From contig NC_043003.1 in NCBI RefSeq assembly GCF_006345805.1, positions 78,864,001-78,928,000 on the forward strand: a stretch of 64,000 bases of DNA, written 5' to 3'. The position numbers and the translations under genes are program-made. This stretch comes from Octopus sinensis (Eukaryota). Shown piece after piece: positions 28,995 through 42,460 of the stretch (within the stretch, counting starts at the first letter, position 1; the number at the start of each line of letters is the position of its first letter). The notes below the pieces were generated by a model. That model saw nothing but the letters and a program-made list of their open reading frames with translations, was not told the DNA's origin and made no database searches.

Positions 28995-30233
28995 TAACTG
29001 TAAAACCATCTAAAATTGCACTCACATGCATACCACCAATGCCATTAATGTTTCAAATATAATATACACGAAGAGAAACTTTAAAGAAGCACTCCTTGCA
29101 TAAAGGTAGGTAGAATATCGGATATATATATATACATATACACACTATATATATGTACATACACACGCACACACATATATAGCTGAATGTACACACATAC
29201 ACACGCACACACACACATACACATGTATAAAATTTGTTCATACTCAGACATAGAAACGGACACACACAATAAAACACAGATCTTTGTCTAAACATTCATA
29301 ATCTGATAATAACTGAATTTTTATACGTTTCTTATATTTTTGGAATGATATACATTCTAACGGTATTACATTCAACACCGAATGATATACATTCTAACGG
29401 TTTTACGTTCAACACCTAATGATATAAATCTTTATAATGATAATATCAGTGATAAATTATTTCGTTGAGGATATCTCCGTGTCTCGTATATAAATTCGTG
29501 TTTGTATGAATACAGGATGTATTTTTCTCACAGTATTCCAAGAATCTTTTCAAAAGTTATTTTGGTTGAATTCTTGGATGCTTTGCTAATGCCATCTCTC
29601 AGCAAATAATTTTTACACTGTCTGAACATATGTCAGGCTAAAGATTTCGATTTTGTCATGAAAGTGACTCGAATGCACGGTATCGATATACTGCAACTAC
29701 AGCAAAAGACATCTGGGGCGATTTCGTTTCTTCAGGCTCTGAAGTATAAAGTGTTATTTAACACTATACGTTTTTAAAAAGGATTTTTCCGGATGATAAA
29801 CCGTAGCTCTTGGGGTTTAAACAACACACGTATATGGTATTGGTAAAATTTAACTAATATTCAGCAAATTCAATCTGCAATCGAAACAGTGAAGACGTGC
29901 AAAATAATCCTGAAATTCAGTTTTATAAATCTATATTATTTTTTTTTAACTTCATTCTAATGATAAAGATTGGTTTATCATTTTCACTTATTGGATCCGG
30001 AAGAAAGGGATGCGACCATGTACTTCACAGATACATTGGTGCAACAGCATCGAATCATTTGATGTTCTTGGGAAGCTGCTAAATGTCGAATGGGCACATT
30101 GCCAATGCAGGTCAGGGGTGATGCACAGAATATGGGTTTTGAAAGGTAAAAAGATGAGTGACTCGAAGGTTCTTGGGTAGATGAGGTACAAAAGCTAGCT
30201 CCGAAAAGCAGAAGCTACTGTTGTATCACTAAA

Positions 30234-30501
30234 AAAAGTAATAATAATAAATGCGCCCTTTTTTAAAGCCTTGCCAGGCTCATGGGTCCGGTTTCCCGGT
30301 ATTAATGGTGTATGTGTTCCCAAGCTGGACGAGACGCCAGTCCATCGCAGCGTTACTCATTTTTGCCAGCTGAGTGGACTGGAGCAACGTGAAATGAAGT
30401 GTTTTGCTCAAGAACACAACGCGTCTCCCGGTCCAGGAATCGAAACCACCATCTAACGATCATGGTGCTGACACCTTAACCACTAAGCCACGCACCTCCA
30501 A
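30234..30501 (-). mobile_element. SINE with C-type head and F-type tail, 13-bp TSD
   Basis: TSD ttgtatcactaaa at 30221-30233 and 30502-30514; tail gctgcgatggactggcgtc...gggaaaccggacccatgagcctgg. Confidence 0.88.
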
Positions 30502-32371
30502 TTGTATCACTAAAGAAAAAGTAAATAAAGAAGGCAAAATGTCTGTTGATAAGACGTTGAAATGTTTTTTACGATTGACTTCATCTCAGTCGAAAAGTAA
30601 TTTTTGATTACATCTAGGATGGTGCAGAGGAGCTGGTACGGGACTGCCTGCGATGGAGAACACTTGCGGACCTGGTCGTTTCTATGCATGATGACGTTTC
30701 TGAGACCATTAACTTGGGATGACTCCATCCTCATCAAGCGAGAGCATGAAGCAAAACGTATGTGTGTCAGTAGCAGCGTACCAAGTTCGAGAGTAATAAC
30801 ACATCATGAGTTCTCCGTGAACTTTGCTGGCTGTTACATTTTCTTCCTGAGGAATCAGACTAGACCAGACTTTATAACGTAGCTTAGTTACGGTGAAGAT
30901 GTGACATCACGAGGAGAGTTGGCAGTTAGGAAAGTTATCTTTCCTGGGATTGATACAAACTGGAAAATGTTTCCGGAGATCAGGATAAATTTCCAGAGAA
31001 AGAGAGAGAGGGGGAGGGGAGAGAGAGAGGAAGATAGACAGACTAGCAGAGTTTGAAGAGTTCGTCGAGGATAAGGCTAGCTTTGGCTTGAACTGTTTGA
31101 AGGTAACGTAAGGAACATTGTCAGGGCCGTTGATCTATTGGCTTGAATCGAATTAAGTTGGGGAAAGCAACTTTATGCCTATGTGTGTGTGATGGTAAAC
31201 CTGGTAGAGATCAATGGTTTTAGAGAAGATTTACCTTGTATGTGCGAGCATTATGGAGTTTTGGGGATTTTTATAAGTTATTTTTCTTTTTTAATATTGA
31301 GTGAAAACAGTACATTTGATCCTTTAAGGACCCACGAGACTCGTAGGAGGAAGTGGCCTAAAACCAGACACCTCTTCCGAGCGCTTGCAATAGAGTGCAC
31401 TCCGTTAAATGTACCATAGGTGCCAGGCAGTGATGTAAAGCCGGACGACGGATTAAGTGTACCTTAGGTGCTAAACGGATTATGTCTAGCATGCATGAAG
31501 GCCAAAGCCCAGAAGAAACTACTGCAAGACATTTGGTCCGACATGTTTATAATTCCACCAATCCATCGCCCTGGACTGGTACTTTTTTTTTTTTTTATCA
31601 AACCTGAGGGAGAAAAGTAATTTGACCTCGATGTGATTTGTACTCAGAGTGCAGAGTCTGAACAATAATGACGTAACACTCAATCTTATGGCTCTAACGA
31701 CTGCCAGTTACTTATCTAAACTGAATGCAAAGTGATCAGCAGTTCCACTAAGTACAGAACTATCAATGATGAAAGGTAAACTATGGCGGATTGCGTAAAA
31801 GATGGTAGTGACCCAGTCAGCAAGCGGCGATGGGTGGGAGTCGGCAACAGTTTGTGAAGCAGAGGGCTATCACTTTGCGGGATATCCGCAGACATATTTC
31901 GCGATTCGGATGAGAGTTTTGCAGGATTTACAATGTTGAGCGAAGTGTTGTTAGCAGTAGTGCTCTTTATATTGTGCAGTTATAACTAAACCATTCAGAG
32001 GCTTTAGAGACATGAATTTTGGTTTTGTGTGCTAAAGTGCAGGAACGAAATTTGCTTAGGGACCTGTAAATCCAGGTCCAAACTTTCTTTAACAAATAAG
32101 GTCGATTTTTTTTTTCAATCTTAATAGCAGAACAAACACAGGTAATGATAATAATAATTATTATATTTGTACACCCGGGTGAAATACTTAGCAGTATTGC
32201 GTCCGTCTTCAGGTTCTGAGTTCAAATTCTGAGGTCGATTTTGCCGTTCATCCTTTCGGTGTCGATGAAATAAGTATCGAGTCGATGCAATCGACTTACC
32301 TCCTCCCCTGAAGTTGTTGGCCTTGTGCGAAGATTTGAAATCATTATTATGCTTGTATAGGTCAACCAAAA

Positions 32372-32680
32372 GTTGAGGCGCAATGACCCAGTAGTTAGGG
32401 CAGCGGACTCGCGGTCGGAGGATCGCGATTTCGATTCCCAGACCGGGCGATGTGTGTGTTTATTGAGCAAAAACACCTAAAAGCTCCTCGAGGCTCCGGC
32501 AGGGGGTGGTGGCGACCCCTGTTGTACTCTTTCGCCGCAACTTTCTCTCACTCTCTCTTCCTGTTTTTTGAGTAGAGCTGCGATAGACTGACGTCCCGTC
32601 CAACTGGGGGAGACGCATACGCCACAGAAACCGGGAAACCGGGCCCATGAGGCTGGCTAGGCTTGAAAAGGGCGACGTTT
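32372..32680 (+). mobile_element. SINE with D-type head and F-type tail, 16-bp TSD
   Basis: TSD tataggtcaaccaaaa at 32356-32371 and 32681-32696. Confidence 0.9.
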
Positions 32681-33989
32681 TATAGGTCAACCAAAACAGA
32701 TAAATTCAAGAATAGAAAAGTAATGTTTCCAATCAGTCCAAAGATATTTCTACGCTCGTTTCGTTTTAGCGATGAAAATTTTCAGGAGGATATCCGAAGT
32801 GTTTTCAATGCCTACATACAAAAAAAAAAAAAAAAGGGTGGGGTTGCACTTGCACCTTTTGCACCCCCGAATCCCGAGCCTGTGTTTGTGTAAGATGTGG
32901 AACGGCATGTCTAGAGATGACGGTTTCAATCAACCGTTTAACTGTTTCTGGTGTGTTAAATAAAAAACACAAGTGCAGCCAAGGAACTACCGTTAGAACT
33001 CCAACCAATCACTACACATACACAAAACACACACACATTAAGATAATATTTACTCATACAACCGACTGTTTCACGTAACCACAACACATACACACGCATA
33101 TATATATATATACCGCAGTGTAAGTTTATACATACGTCGTTTCAACAACGCATTCTGAAACATCTGGAAAGACACGCTATATACATCGCACACTAACACA
33201 CACACACACAAACACGTATGTGTACTATACCCAGAAATACGCATACACACCACATATAGATACATGCAGATACACAACATCCGTAAACGCAAAGACAAAA
33301 CATCACTCATAGACACACACAGATACGACAATCACAGAAAGAAAATATTTATATAGGCAGCCAACATCTTCATAAGCGTACACCGCATACAGTTAGACAC
33401 ATACAATAAACACGTAAACACACACACACACACACAAACACATATATACATTCACATGCTCTCTCTGTATCATCATCACACTCACATACACTTACACAAT
33501 CAATACAAACACATACAGTCAACAGTAAATCATACACACCCGTACGCACACAGACACATTATCTTCCTCTTCCATCTCTTTCACAAATATACTGACACAT
33601 TCACTGTTCCTGTCTGTCAGTCTGTCAGTTTGTCTGTTCGTCTGTGTGACTTCTGTCTGTCTGTCTGCCTCTCTCGCGTCCTCTCCCACTCACGCACTCA
33701 CACACACATTCACACACACACACACACACACACCCACACACACACACACGCGCGCATACTCGCAACTACAGAAGAGGTCTGCTCTGTACGGCAGACGATC
33801 CGACGACATACCGGACAGACGTACTCTAACTAGAGTTAAAAGGTCATGGGTAAATGACGACGACGAAATACTGTTGCTATTCTCTCTGCCGCCTTCACTC
33901 CCACCGCTTCCTTCCTTAACAAGTGGCCGCACACTTGTTAGCAACAGATGATAATGACGCTTTTGGCAACACAAATAAAGGCTGCTGCA

Positions 33990-34082
33990 GTTCGTACTAC
34001 AACTACTACTACTACTACTACTAACCACCACCACCACCACCACTACTGCTGCTGCTGCTACAACTATTCCTACTACAACCAT

Positions 34083-34126
<44 letters not shown>

Positions 34127-34166
34127 TTCCTACTGCTACTGCCACCACTACTCTTACTTCTGCCAT

Positions 34167-34201
<35 letters not shown>

Positions 34202-34241
34202 TTCCTACTGCTACTGCCACCACTACTCTTACTTCTGCCAT

Positions 34242-34276
<35 letters not shown>

Positions 34277-34305
34277 TCACCGCCACCACCACCACCTCGA
34301 CCAGC

Positions 34306-34366
<61 letters not shown>
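33990..34366. repeat. Compound (TAC/CAC)n array with a higher-order duplicated unit
   Basis: tattcctactgctactgccaccactactcttacttctgccat(tac)n occurs twice at about 34125-34275. Confidence 0.9.
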
Positions 34367-34374
34367 GATTTGGT

Positions 34375-34540
34375 AATCTTTTATCCGAAATGTGTGGAGA
34401 CAAAAGTTTTCGGATTTCGGAGTGTTTCCTGATTTTAGAAATGACTACATCTTTAAAAAGAGACAATTTGAGTTTGGGAAACAAGTTTACACTTCACAAT
34501 ACAGTTTATGCATATACCGACCACGAAGGTGGTCTTATAT
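34375..34540 (+). mobile_element. pogo/Tigger-like (MER46/Tigger4-resembling) DNA transposon end
   Basis: ttatccgaaatgtgtggagacaaaagttttcggatttcggagtgtttcctgattttagaa resembles my recollection of the MER46 terminus; not verified. Confidence 0.5.
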
Positions 34541-34549
34541 GAAGGTAGT

Positions 34550-35138
34550 TGTAGGGGCTGTGTAGTAAGTAGCTTGCTTACGAGCCACATGGTTCCGTGT
34601 TCAGTCCCACTGCGTGGCACCATGGGTAAGTGTCTTCTACTATAGCCTCGGGCCGACCAAAACCTTGTGAGTGGATTTGGTAGACGGAAACTGAAAGAAG
34701 TCCGTCGTATATATGTATGTGTGTGTGTGTTTGTCACCCCAACATTGCTTGACAACCGATGCTGGTGTGTTTACGTCCCCGTAACTTAGCGGTTCGGCAA
34801 AAGTGACCGATAGAATAAGTACTAGGCTTCCAAAGAATAAGTCCTGGGGTCGATTTGCTCGACTAAAGGCGGTGCCCCAGCATGGCCACAGTGAAATAAC
34901 TGAAACTTAATATGAATGTGTTGGCGCAGGCGTGGCTGTGTGGTGAGAAGCTTGCTTTCCAAGCTCATTGTTCCTAGTTCAGTCTCGCTGTGTGACACCT
35001 TGGTCAAGTGCCTTCTGCTATAGCCTCGGGCCGACCAAAGCCTCGTGAGTGGATTTGGTCGACGGAAACTGAAAGAGGCGCGTTACATATGTGCGAGTGT
35101 GTGCGCGCGTGTGTGTGTGTTTATCACTCTCTCATATA

Positions 35139-35174
<36 letters not shown>

Positions 35175-36025
35175 TCTATGCTTGTCCCCCATCACCGCTT
35201 GACAACCTGGTGTTGGTGTGTTAACGTCTTTGTAACTAAGCGGTTAGGCAACAAGATTCCAATAGAATAAGTACCAGGCTAAACAAAAAAAAAAAAAACA
35301 AAAAAAAAATTATTGAGTTCGATTCGTTCGATTCGTTCGACTAACTTATTCTTCAATACGGTGCCCCAGCATGGCCGCAGGCTAATGACTGAAACAAATG
35401 AAAGAAAATATTAAAAAAAGATGCCGCAAGTCCAATTTCGCACAACATATGGCAGTTTCACTTTGCAATTTTTTTTCTCTTTACATCAAAACAAATACGC
35501 CTACGACATTTTCGCTTCCGTTTGTTAACCACATAAAACAAACACACGTCATTCTCGTTTTTTATACTATCGTTTTATTGCCATCGACAACCTCATGTCT
35601 TTTAACAAAAAAAAAAAAAAACCTTCCTTAATGAAACAAAGATAATTTAGGCGCAGATATTGTAATGTGGTTAAGAAGCTCGTTTTTTCAATTGCGTAGT
35701 TTTGGGTTCAGTCCCATTGCTCGGCACGCTAGGCGAGTGTCTTTTTTTATAAATTTAGCTCCAATCGATCAATGCGTTGTGAGTGAATTTGAAAGATGGA
35801 AACTGTACGAAAGCCCTTCGTAAATAAATATATATGTGTGTGTGTGTTTTTGTGCTTGTGTTCGTCCTCCTACCAACACTTGACAAGTGAACTAAGCGGC
35901 TCGGCAAAAGCAACTAATAGAATAAGTACCAGACATAAAAATAAACCTTGGAGTCGACTCAGTCGATTAAACACTTCTCGGTAGTACTCCAGCATGACCG
36001 CATTCCAATCACTGAAACAGGAAGA
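34550..36025 (+). mobile_element. Three consecutive family A SINEs of increasing divergence
   Basis: Heads at about 34550, 34925 and 35655, each ending near gactgaaac. Confidence 0.85.
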
Positions 36026-36061
36026 AAATAAAATATGAAGTCATTTGTTTTCTCCAGTTTT

Positions 36062-36900
36062 GTTTATTGCTGACAGGGGGTTAAACATAGAGGGGACAAG
36101 CAAAGAGATTAAGTCGATTACATCGGCCCCCAGCGCATAACTGGTACTTATTTTATCGACCTCGAAAGGATGAAAGGCAAAGTCGACTTCGGCAGAATGT
36201 GAACTCTGAACGTAACGGCAGACGAAATACCGCTAGGCATTTCGTCCGGCGTACTAACGACTCTGCCAGTTCACCGCCCTCCAGTTTTATGGAAATAAAA
36301 TTTTACATTTATGAGATCTAATTAAGTAAATAAATGTTGATCAAAAGTTATAAAATAGTGGAATAATTTTAACAAAACACAAATCCTTTTGATTGATATT
36401 GGTTCGCAAAATTTCTAAAGAAGTGATCGCTTGATCGGCTTGACATAGCAGCTAAAATCTCTCAGATCAAATACTAAAGTTCAAGTCACGTACACCACTA
36501 TTTTATTTATTTATTTATTTATTTATTTATGTATTTGTCTTGTTAACTATTTACAAGATGGAAACGTAATGACATAATGGTGATCTATGGATATAATACC
36601 TTCCTTTCAGTTTCTCTAACAAATATTTATACCACTAATAATAATTCTTTCTGCTATATGCACAAGGCCCTTAATTTGTGGGGAGTAGGCTAAGCGATTA
36701 CATCGACCTTAGTGCTCAGCTGGTACTTTCATTATTGACCCCGCAAGAATATAAGGCAAAGTCAACTTCGGTGAATTTTAAACTCGGAACATAAAGACCG
36801 AGACGAAATACCGCTGCTCGCTGCCTTATGAATACTGGTTTCACATTTTTGCACAAGGCCAGCAATTTCGGAGGTGAGGGCAAGTCAATTACATCGACAC
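36062..36900 (-). repeat. Family B SINEs enclosing an inverted copy of 18562-19023
   Basis: 36271-36736 is the reverse complement of 18562-19023 with roughly 8-10 differences by eye. Confidence 0.92.
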
Positions 36901-38266
36901 CAGTCTGCATCCGGTCGAGGTTGCTTCCGTCAACTTAATTCGATTCAAGCCAATGGGTCAACGGCCCTGACAATGTTCCTTACGTTACCTTCAAACAGTT
37001 CAAGCCAAAGCTAGCCTTATCCTCGACGAACTCTTCAAAATCTGTTAGTCTGTCTATCTGCTTCTCTCTCGGTAGTTGCTATGGCGAAAGAAATAGTATG
37101 GAAGACGAGAGTGAAAGGAATTGCAACAGGCATGTTTATCTCCAGTTTCGAGCTAATCGACTTTTTCGTTTTCCACATGAAACGGAAAATAAGGCTGGAG
37201 AAGAAATGCCTGTCGCAAAGTGTGTTTCGTAAAAGATGGAAGTATATAGCAAGTATGTTGCGAGTGAAAGAACCTGTTTAATCGAGAATGTAAAAAAGGA
37301 GAAAGCAAAGTCTTGAGTGTGAGTATGTGGTTTGTGGGGTCAACTGCGTCCTCCGCTTCATTTTTTGTTATTCACTCATTCTCATTTAATTGTATATATT
37401 TTAATTGTTTGTTTATTCATACGTTTTGTCTCATTCGATACCCTGACCCCAACGTTTGTTTTGTCCCCTCTTTTTTTCAACCTTATGGTGAATAAAGAAA
37501 TGCTCTCTCTCTCTCTTTCTCTGGGAATTTATCTTGATCTCCGGAAACATTCTCCAATTTCTATCAATCCCCGGAAAGATAACTTTCCTAACTGCCAACT
37601 CTCTGTCGTTTGCAAACTCTCAGAGATGATGAATGCACTCATTTACATTTTCTTACTCTACGTTTTTAATCTCCTTCGTTACTGACCACCAGAACGGCTT
37701 CTACAAAACCAGATCTATCACAGACCGCTCCTAAGTGAGCTACTAGATGCTCCTCGACTTCCCGGGTTAGAAAAAGCAAAGAAATCTTCTCGGGTTGGGA
37801 AAAACAGGGAAATCTGCATGTTGCACACTACCGTCTTAAAAATGAAAGGGTACATTGGATTATACGGTTCTAGATACATTATGCCTGTGGAAAAATGATG
37901 GGATAGTCACGGCTAAAATGTTTCTGATCATAGGTCAGCTATATCAGGGGCTTATCGGGGGCTAAACAACACTAGTCAACATATCACACTTACGGCGAAT
38001 TTCGGGTTATATCAGTAATGAAATTACTTACATGGGACGGTGAAACACGATATAAAGACTTTTATACACGTCTTGTTGCATAACTATGACATTGCCCAGA
38101 GTATTTTCCTTTACTTAAACGTGGTGAGAGGGATGAGGGCGAATTTGGCTTCTATTTCTGGCAGATCAAATGACCATGTAGAAGCTCTTTACTGGCACGT
38201 GGCATACTTGCATCATACCGGGTGGCATATTTCTTAGTATTATACCGAATACCATACTTCTTAATA

Positions 38267-38652
38267 GGGAAGCACTCCGTCGGTTACGACGACGAGGGTT
38301 CCGGTTGATCCGATCAACGGAACAGCCTGCTCGTGAAATTAACGTGTAAGTGGCTGAGCACTCCACAGACACGTGTACCCTTAACGTAGTTCACGGGGAT
38401 ATTCAGCGTGACACAGAGAGTGACAAGGCCGGCCCTTTGAAATACAGGTACAACAGAAACAGGAAGTAAGAGTGAGAGAAAGTTGTGGTGAAAGAGTACA
38501 GCAGGGATCACCACCATCCCTGCCGGAGCCTCGTGGAGCTTTTAGGTGTTTTCGTTCAATAAACACTCACAACGCCCGGTCTGGGAATCGAAACCGCGAT
38601 CCTACGACCGCGAATCCGCTGCCCTAACCACTGGGCCATTGCGCCTCCACTT
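38267..38652 (-). mobile_element. SINE family D, 13-bp TSD, inserted into a degenerate ~26-bp minisatellite
   Basis: TSD atacttcttaata at 38254-38266 and 38653-38665; flanking tcatatcaggtggcatacttttaata-like units. Confidence 0.92.
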
Positions 38653-39059
38653 ATACTTCTTAATATCATATCAGGTGGCATACTTTTAATATCATAACAG
38701 GTAGCATAAGTTTTACAATCATAACGAGGCATACATTTTATTATCATGGCGGTAGAATACGTTTTCACATTATAGAGCTTACAGAATTGCTACCACGCTG
38801 GACAAAATGCTTGGCATCATTTTTTCCGGTTCTTTAGTTCTGAGTTTGAATGCCGCTGTGATCGACCTTACTTTTCACCCTTTCGAGGTCGTTAAAATAG
38901 GTAACAGAAAATACTGGGGATCGATGAAATTGACTTCCTGTTCCCATAAAAATGTCTAGCCTTACGCCAAAATTAAAAAAAAAAGAATTCCCAACGGGTG
39001 ACCCCTACTTCAAGATATTAAAATGGATGGCATTATTTTGGAGAGAAATTTCAGTAAAA

Positions 39060-39273
39060 GAAACGGTGTAGTAAGAAGCTTTGCTTACCAAACCACATGG
39101 ATCCGGGTTCAGTTCCACTGTGTGGTACCTTGGACAAATGGATTTTACTACAACCTCGGACCGATCAAAGCCTTGTCAGTGGATTTGGTGGACGGTAACG
39201 GAAATAAGCCAGTCGTATATATGCGTATATACATACATGCATGCATGCATGCACGCATACATACATACATACA

Positions 39274-39309
<36 letters not shown>

Positions 39310-39735
39310 TATATATACATGCATATATATGTGTGTGTGTGTGTGCGTGTTTGTGTGTGTGTGTATGTTTGTTGCCGTAAGGCTTCCACTTCACATGTCA
39401 GTTTAATTTAACTTGTCCGCTTAGTCGAAAGTCACCTGTTGCTAAAACTTGTTTGTATTTGTAATCGTGTAACATTTTCTCCGTTTTCTCCGGGGTTTTT
39501 TTCCGTGTTGTCGCCCGCTTTCTTCCAAAACTTTAATGCCCCTAGCTTAAATTTTTGGGGCCTACCAATTTTGAACAGTCTCAAGTGTAACAGGCCGAAA
39601 CTGTAGTGATAATTGGAAGCTTGACTGATGAATGGAAAGCCACGAATGTTCTGTCCTAGTTTTCCTGTCCGTCTTTGTATCGTCCATCTGTCCGTATGTT
39701 TTCATTGTTGTTCGTTACGTTCTTGTTCTGTTTTT

Positions 39736-39786
<51 letters not shown>

Positions 39787-40030
39787 TATATATATATACA
39801 TATGTACACGTCTATGTGTGAGTATCTTTGTGTCTGTGTTTGTCCCCTTCCACCGCTTGAAAATCGGTGTTGGTATGTTTACGTCCCCGATAAGCAAAAG
39901 AACCGATAGGATAAGTACTAGGCTTTAACAAAAACTCCCAAAAGTCCTGGGATTGATTTGTTCGAATAAAACCTTTCAAGGCGGTGCCCTAGCATGGCCG
40001 CAGTCAAATGAATGAAAGCAAGTAAAAGCT
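39060..40030 (+). mobile_element. Family A SINE split by a Penelope-like terminal fragment (about 39375-39735)
   Basis: SINE 5' half ends near 39370 and the 3' half resumes near 39820; the insert carries a decayed hammerhead at 39565-39616 (ccaatt-ttgaaca...aggccGAAAC-tgta-GTg-ataattgg). Confidence 0.7.
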
Positions 40031-40518
40031 AAAAAAAAAATTAATAATAATTTCGGACTTCCTAGCTTCAGTAGTTTCTGAAATTCTTCTCCAGAATAGA
40101 TTACACACAAACAAACAGATGGTATGGGCAGGGGAACGAGGTGGGTGGTGGTATGGAGTGTATAAATGGAGTTAAAATAAATTAATGGTATCTAAAATGT
40201 TTGTTGTTTGAACAATCTGGTTGAGAGGTGACGCTGGTAGGGGTTAGGGGTAGGGCGCACTAAATGTTGCCAAACAAAGATTTACCTCTTGTTGTTCTCA
40301 TTCAGATACGAGACAGACTAAGTGATGCTTCAAGTAGATTTTTCATTGGTGCATTATAAAGCAGCGGAGGCGCGGGGTGGAAGAAGAGGCCACAACCAGC
40401 CCTCAATGTGATGCTGTTGTTGGTTTGATTTATTTCCTGTACTACTGTCGACCTTTAACTCCTCAATATGAAACTCTCATTTTCTCCCTTTTTCCTTCCG
40501 CTATCCTTCTCTCTCTCA

Positions 40519-40597
<79 letters not shown>

Positions 40598-40720
40598 TTC
40601 TCTCTTCACACTAGCCACTTTCTATAGTTTTCTTGTCACCAATTTGTTTCCTTGCGTTGGCACAGTTTCCTTCCTTCCATCCTAACACCTACTCAGTTTT
40701 CTCAAGTCATTTCCACCCAG

Positions 40721-40792
<72 letters not shown>

Positions 40793-41007
40793 ACACACAT
40801 ACCTTTCAAACTCCTGTAGTTTTAGACTTGTAAGCACAAGAGATATTCTCGTTCTAGAACCACAGGAAGAAGAGAGAAAAAACACAGAAGATAGAAAACA
40901 ATAACAAAAGAAGAAGAAGAAGAAGAAGAAGAAGAAGAAGAAGATTCTCATGTTTGATGATAATGATGATGACGATGATGATGATGATGATGATGATTAT
41001 GATGATA

Positions 41008-41071
<64 letters not shown>

Positions 41072-41394
41072 CGATGTTGGTGGTAGTGGGTTTTGAATAT
41101 TATTTATGCAGTTACTCAAATATTACATTAGACATGCGCAGTCGCGTAAACAATGGTAGCTATGATAATAATTGTTATGTCTTTTCCTTTTGATAGGCTG
41201 TAAGTGGTGGTGGTGGTGGTGGTGGTGGTGGTGGTGATGGGGTTACTGGCGCATATGATGGTGATAGATGCGATGCTGGTAGAAACCATAGTTGTGATCA
41301 TGGTGGTATATGCTGTAGTTGTGGTGTTGATAGAAGTTGTAGATGTGGTATTGGTACAATTAGTTACTGTGGAGTTGGTGGAGGTGGTAACTGT

Positions 41395-41635
41395 GGATCT
41401 TTTCAATTTGATGGCCAGATTTTTTAATTAATTTTTTTTTTTTTAACTAAACACTTTGAAACTTCGGATACTCGTAGAACAGGGTTTACTTTTAACGATT
41501 TTGACAAAATTTTGTATTTTAGAAGTTATTTCGTGTTAAAGTTGTCGTATTAGGGTAATTTTAATCAATCAGTGACGGGAATACAGCTGAAGAAAATTAC
41601 TGCTGCTGTTTGCGAACAACAACTTCCGGGTCCAC
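41395..41635. mobile_element. Isolated arm of long-TIR MITE family X
   Basis: ggatctttt...aactaaacactttgaaacttcgg...agaagttatttcgtgttaaagttgtcg...caacttccgggtc. Confidence 0.8.
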
Positions 41636-41689
41636 TCCCCTGACAAAACCCTTCTTTAGTAATCAGAGATGTTTTTATATCAACGTTGG

Positions 41690-42460
41690 TTTGTTGTATC
41701 AGGGTTGATTTGAGGCTAAATAACAACAAAATTATTACTGAGACAAACCAGCGACGGAGCCTATATATGGTTGCATGGCCTGCTAGAAAAGGTGGCCAAA
41801 CTTTTTTTATATACAGAATAGAAAAACCTCTATCCTGTGATATACATGTAGAGTCCATTGTGTCTGGGAAGAAAGACGAATAGTCACAGTTGGGACGTCT
41901 TTGATCGTATCTGTTCAGTCAGTTCCAACTCAGGGCTAAACAAGTGACGAAGGAAACGAGACGAGGCAACGTGAGAGCCCTTACCTGGTCACTCGAGTTG
42001 CCAGAAAGAGCAACCAAATCTTCCTGACAAAACGAAAAAGGAAATTTCCGTCTTCAAGAAAAAAAATAATGCAAGCTTATATTATTTTATAATGTTCACT
42101 TAGGAATTTATTACTTCTAGAAAAGAATTAGACAAAATGGTCATGGCTGGAACACCTTTTCTCACAGATCCATTACAATCAGAGCTATCCTGTGGTTAAA
42201 ACTATATTCTTCACTGAGTGGTGAAGCAAAGACAACTGCAGTTGTGCTGTTTGCAGAAGTGGATACTGTGGATTTGTACGTGAGATTAACGTGAGATTAA
42301 CCATGGATTAACGTGGTGCAGTTATGTCAGTGAAAAACACCAACTTAAGTAATTTTATTGTTTAGTCCCAGTTTAGCCTCGAATGACAGATTTATGAAGG
42401 AAGGCGTTCTAGCCATGCCCATGTTATCAGTCTCTCGGCCACTGAGTATCTAAGACAACA
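41690..42460. repeat. Cluster of an old SINE-like family ending gggctaaac(aac)n (also about 37780-37975)
   Basis: Recurrent ...gatggtcacggctggaa...tgatcatag...gggctaaacaac-like motif at several positions. Confidence 0.5.

Noticed and set aside
29343-29720. 37-bp tandem duplication (29343-29416) and a possible Tc1-like C-terminus (GDILNEIIYH) on the minus strand
   Set aside because: The duplication is real but ordinary; the protein similarity is too weak to call.
30615-30720. DGAEELVRDCLRWRTLADLVVS after an AG, a possible exon or RTE tail
   Set aside because: Too short to discriminate between the two; left unassigned.
38200-38760. ~26-bp repeated units with variable spacing, superficially CRISPR-like
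   Set aside because: The units are adjacent and degenerate with no unique spacers, in a eukaryotic context with no cas genes; this is a minisatellite.
40280-40360. Strong splice-acceptor-like site ctcttgttgttctcattcag followed by IRDRLSDASSRFFIGAL*
   Set aside because: No recognisable protein, no partner exons, and all frames close quickly. Similar unsupported candidates lie at 2506-2600, 25680-25760, 26840-26940, 48390-48440 and 58500-58700; RNA-seq would be needed.
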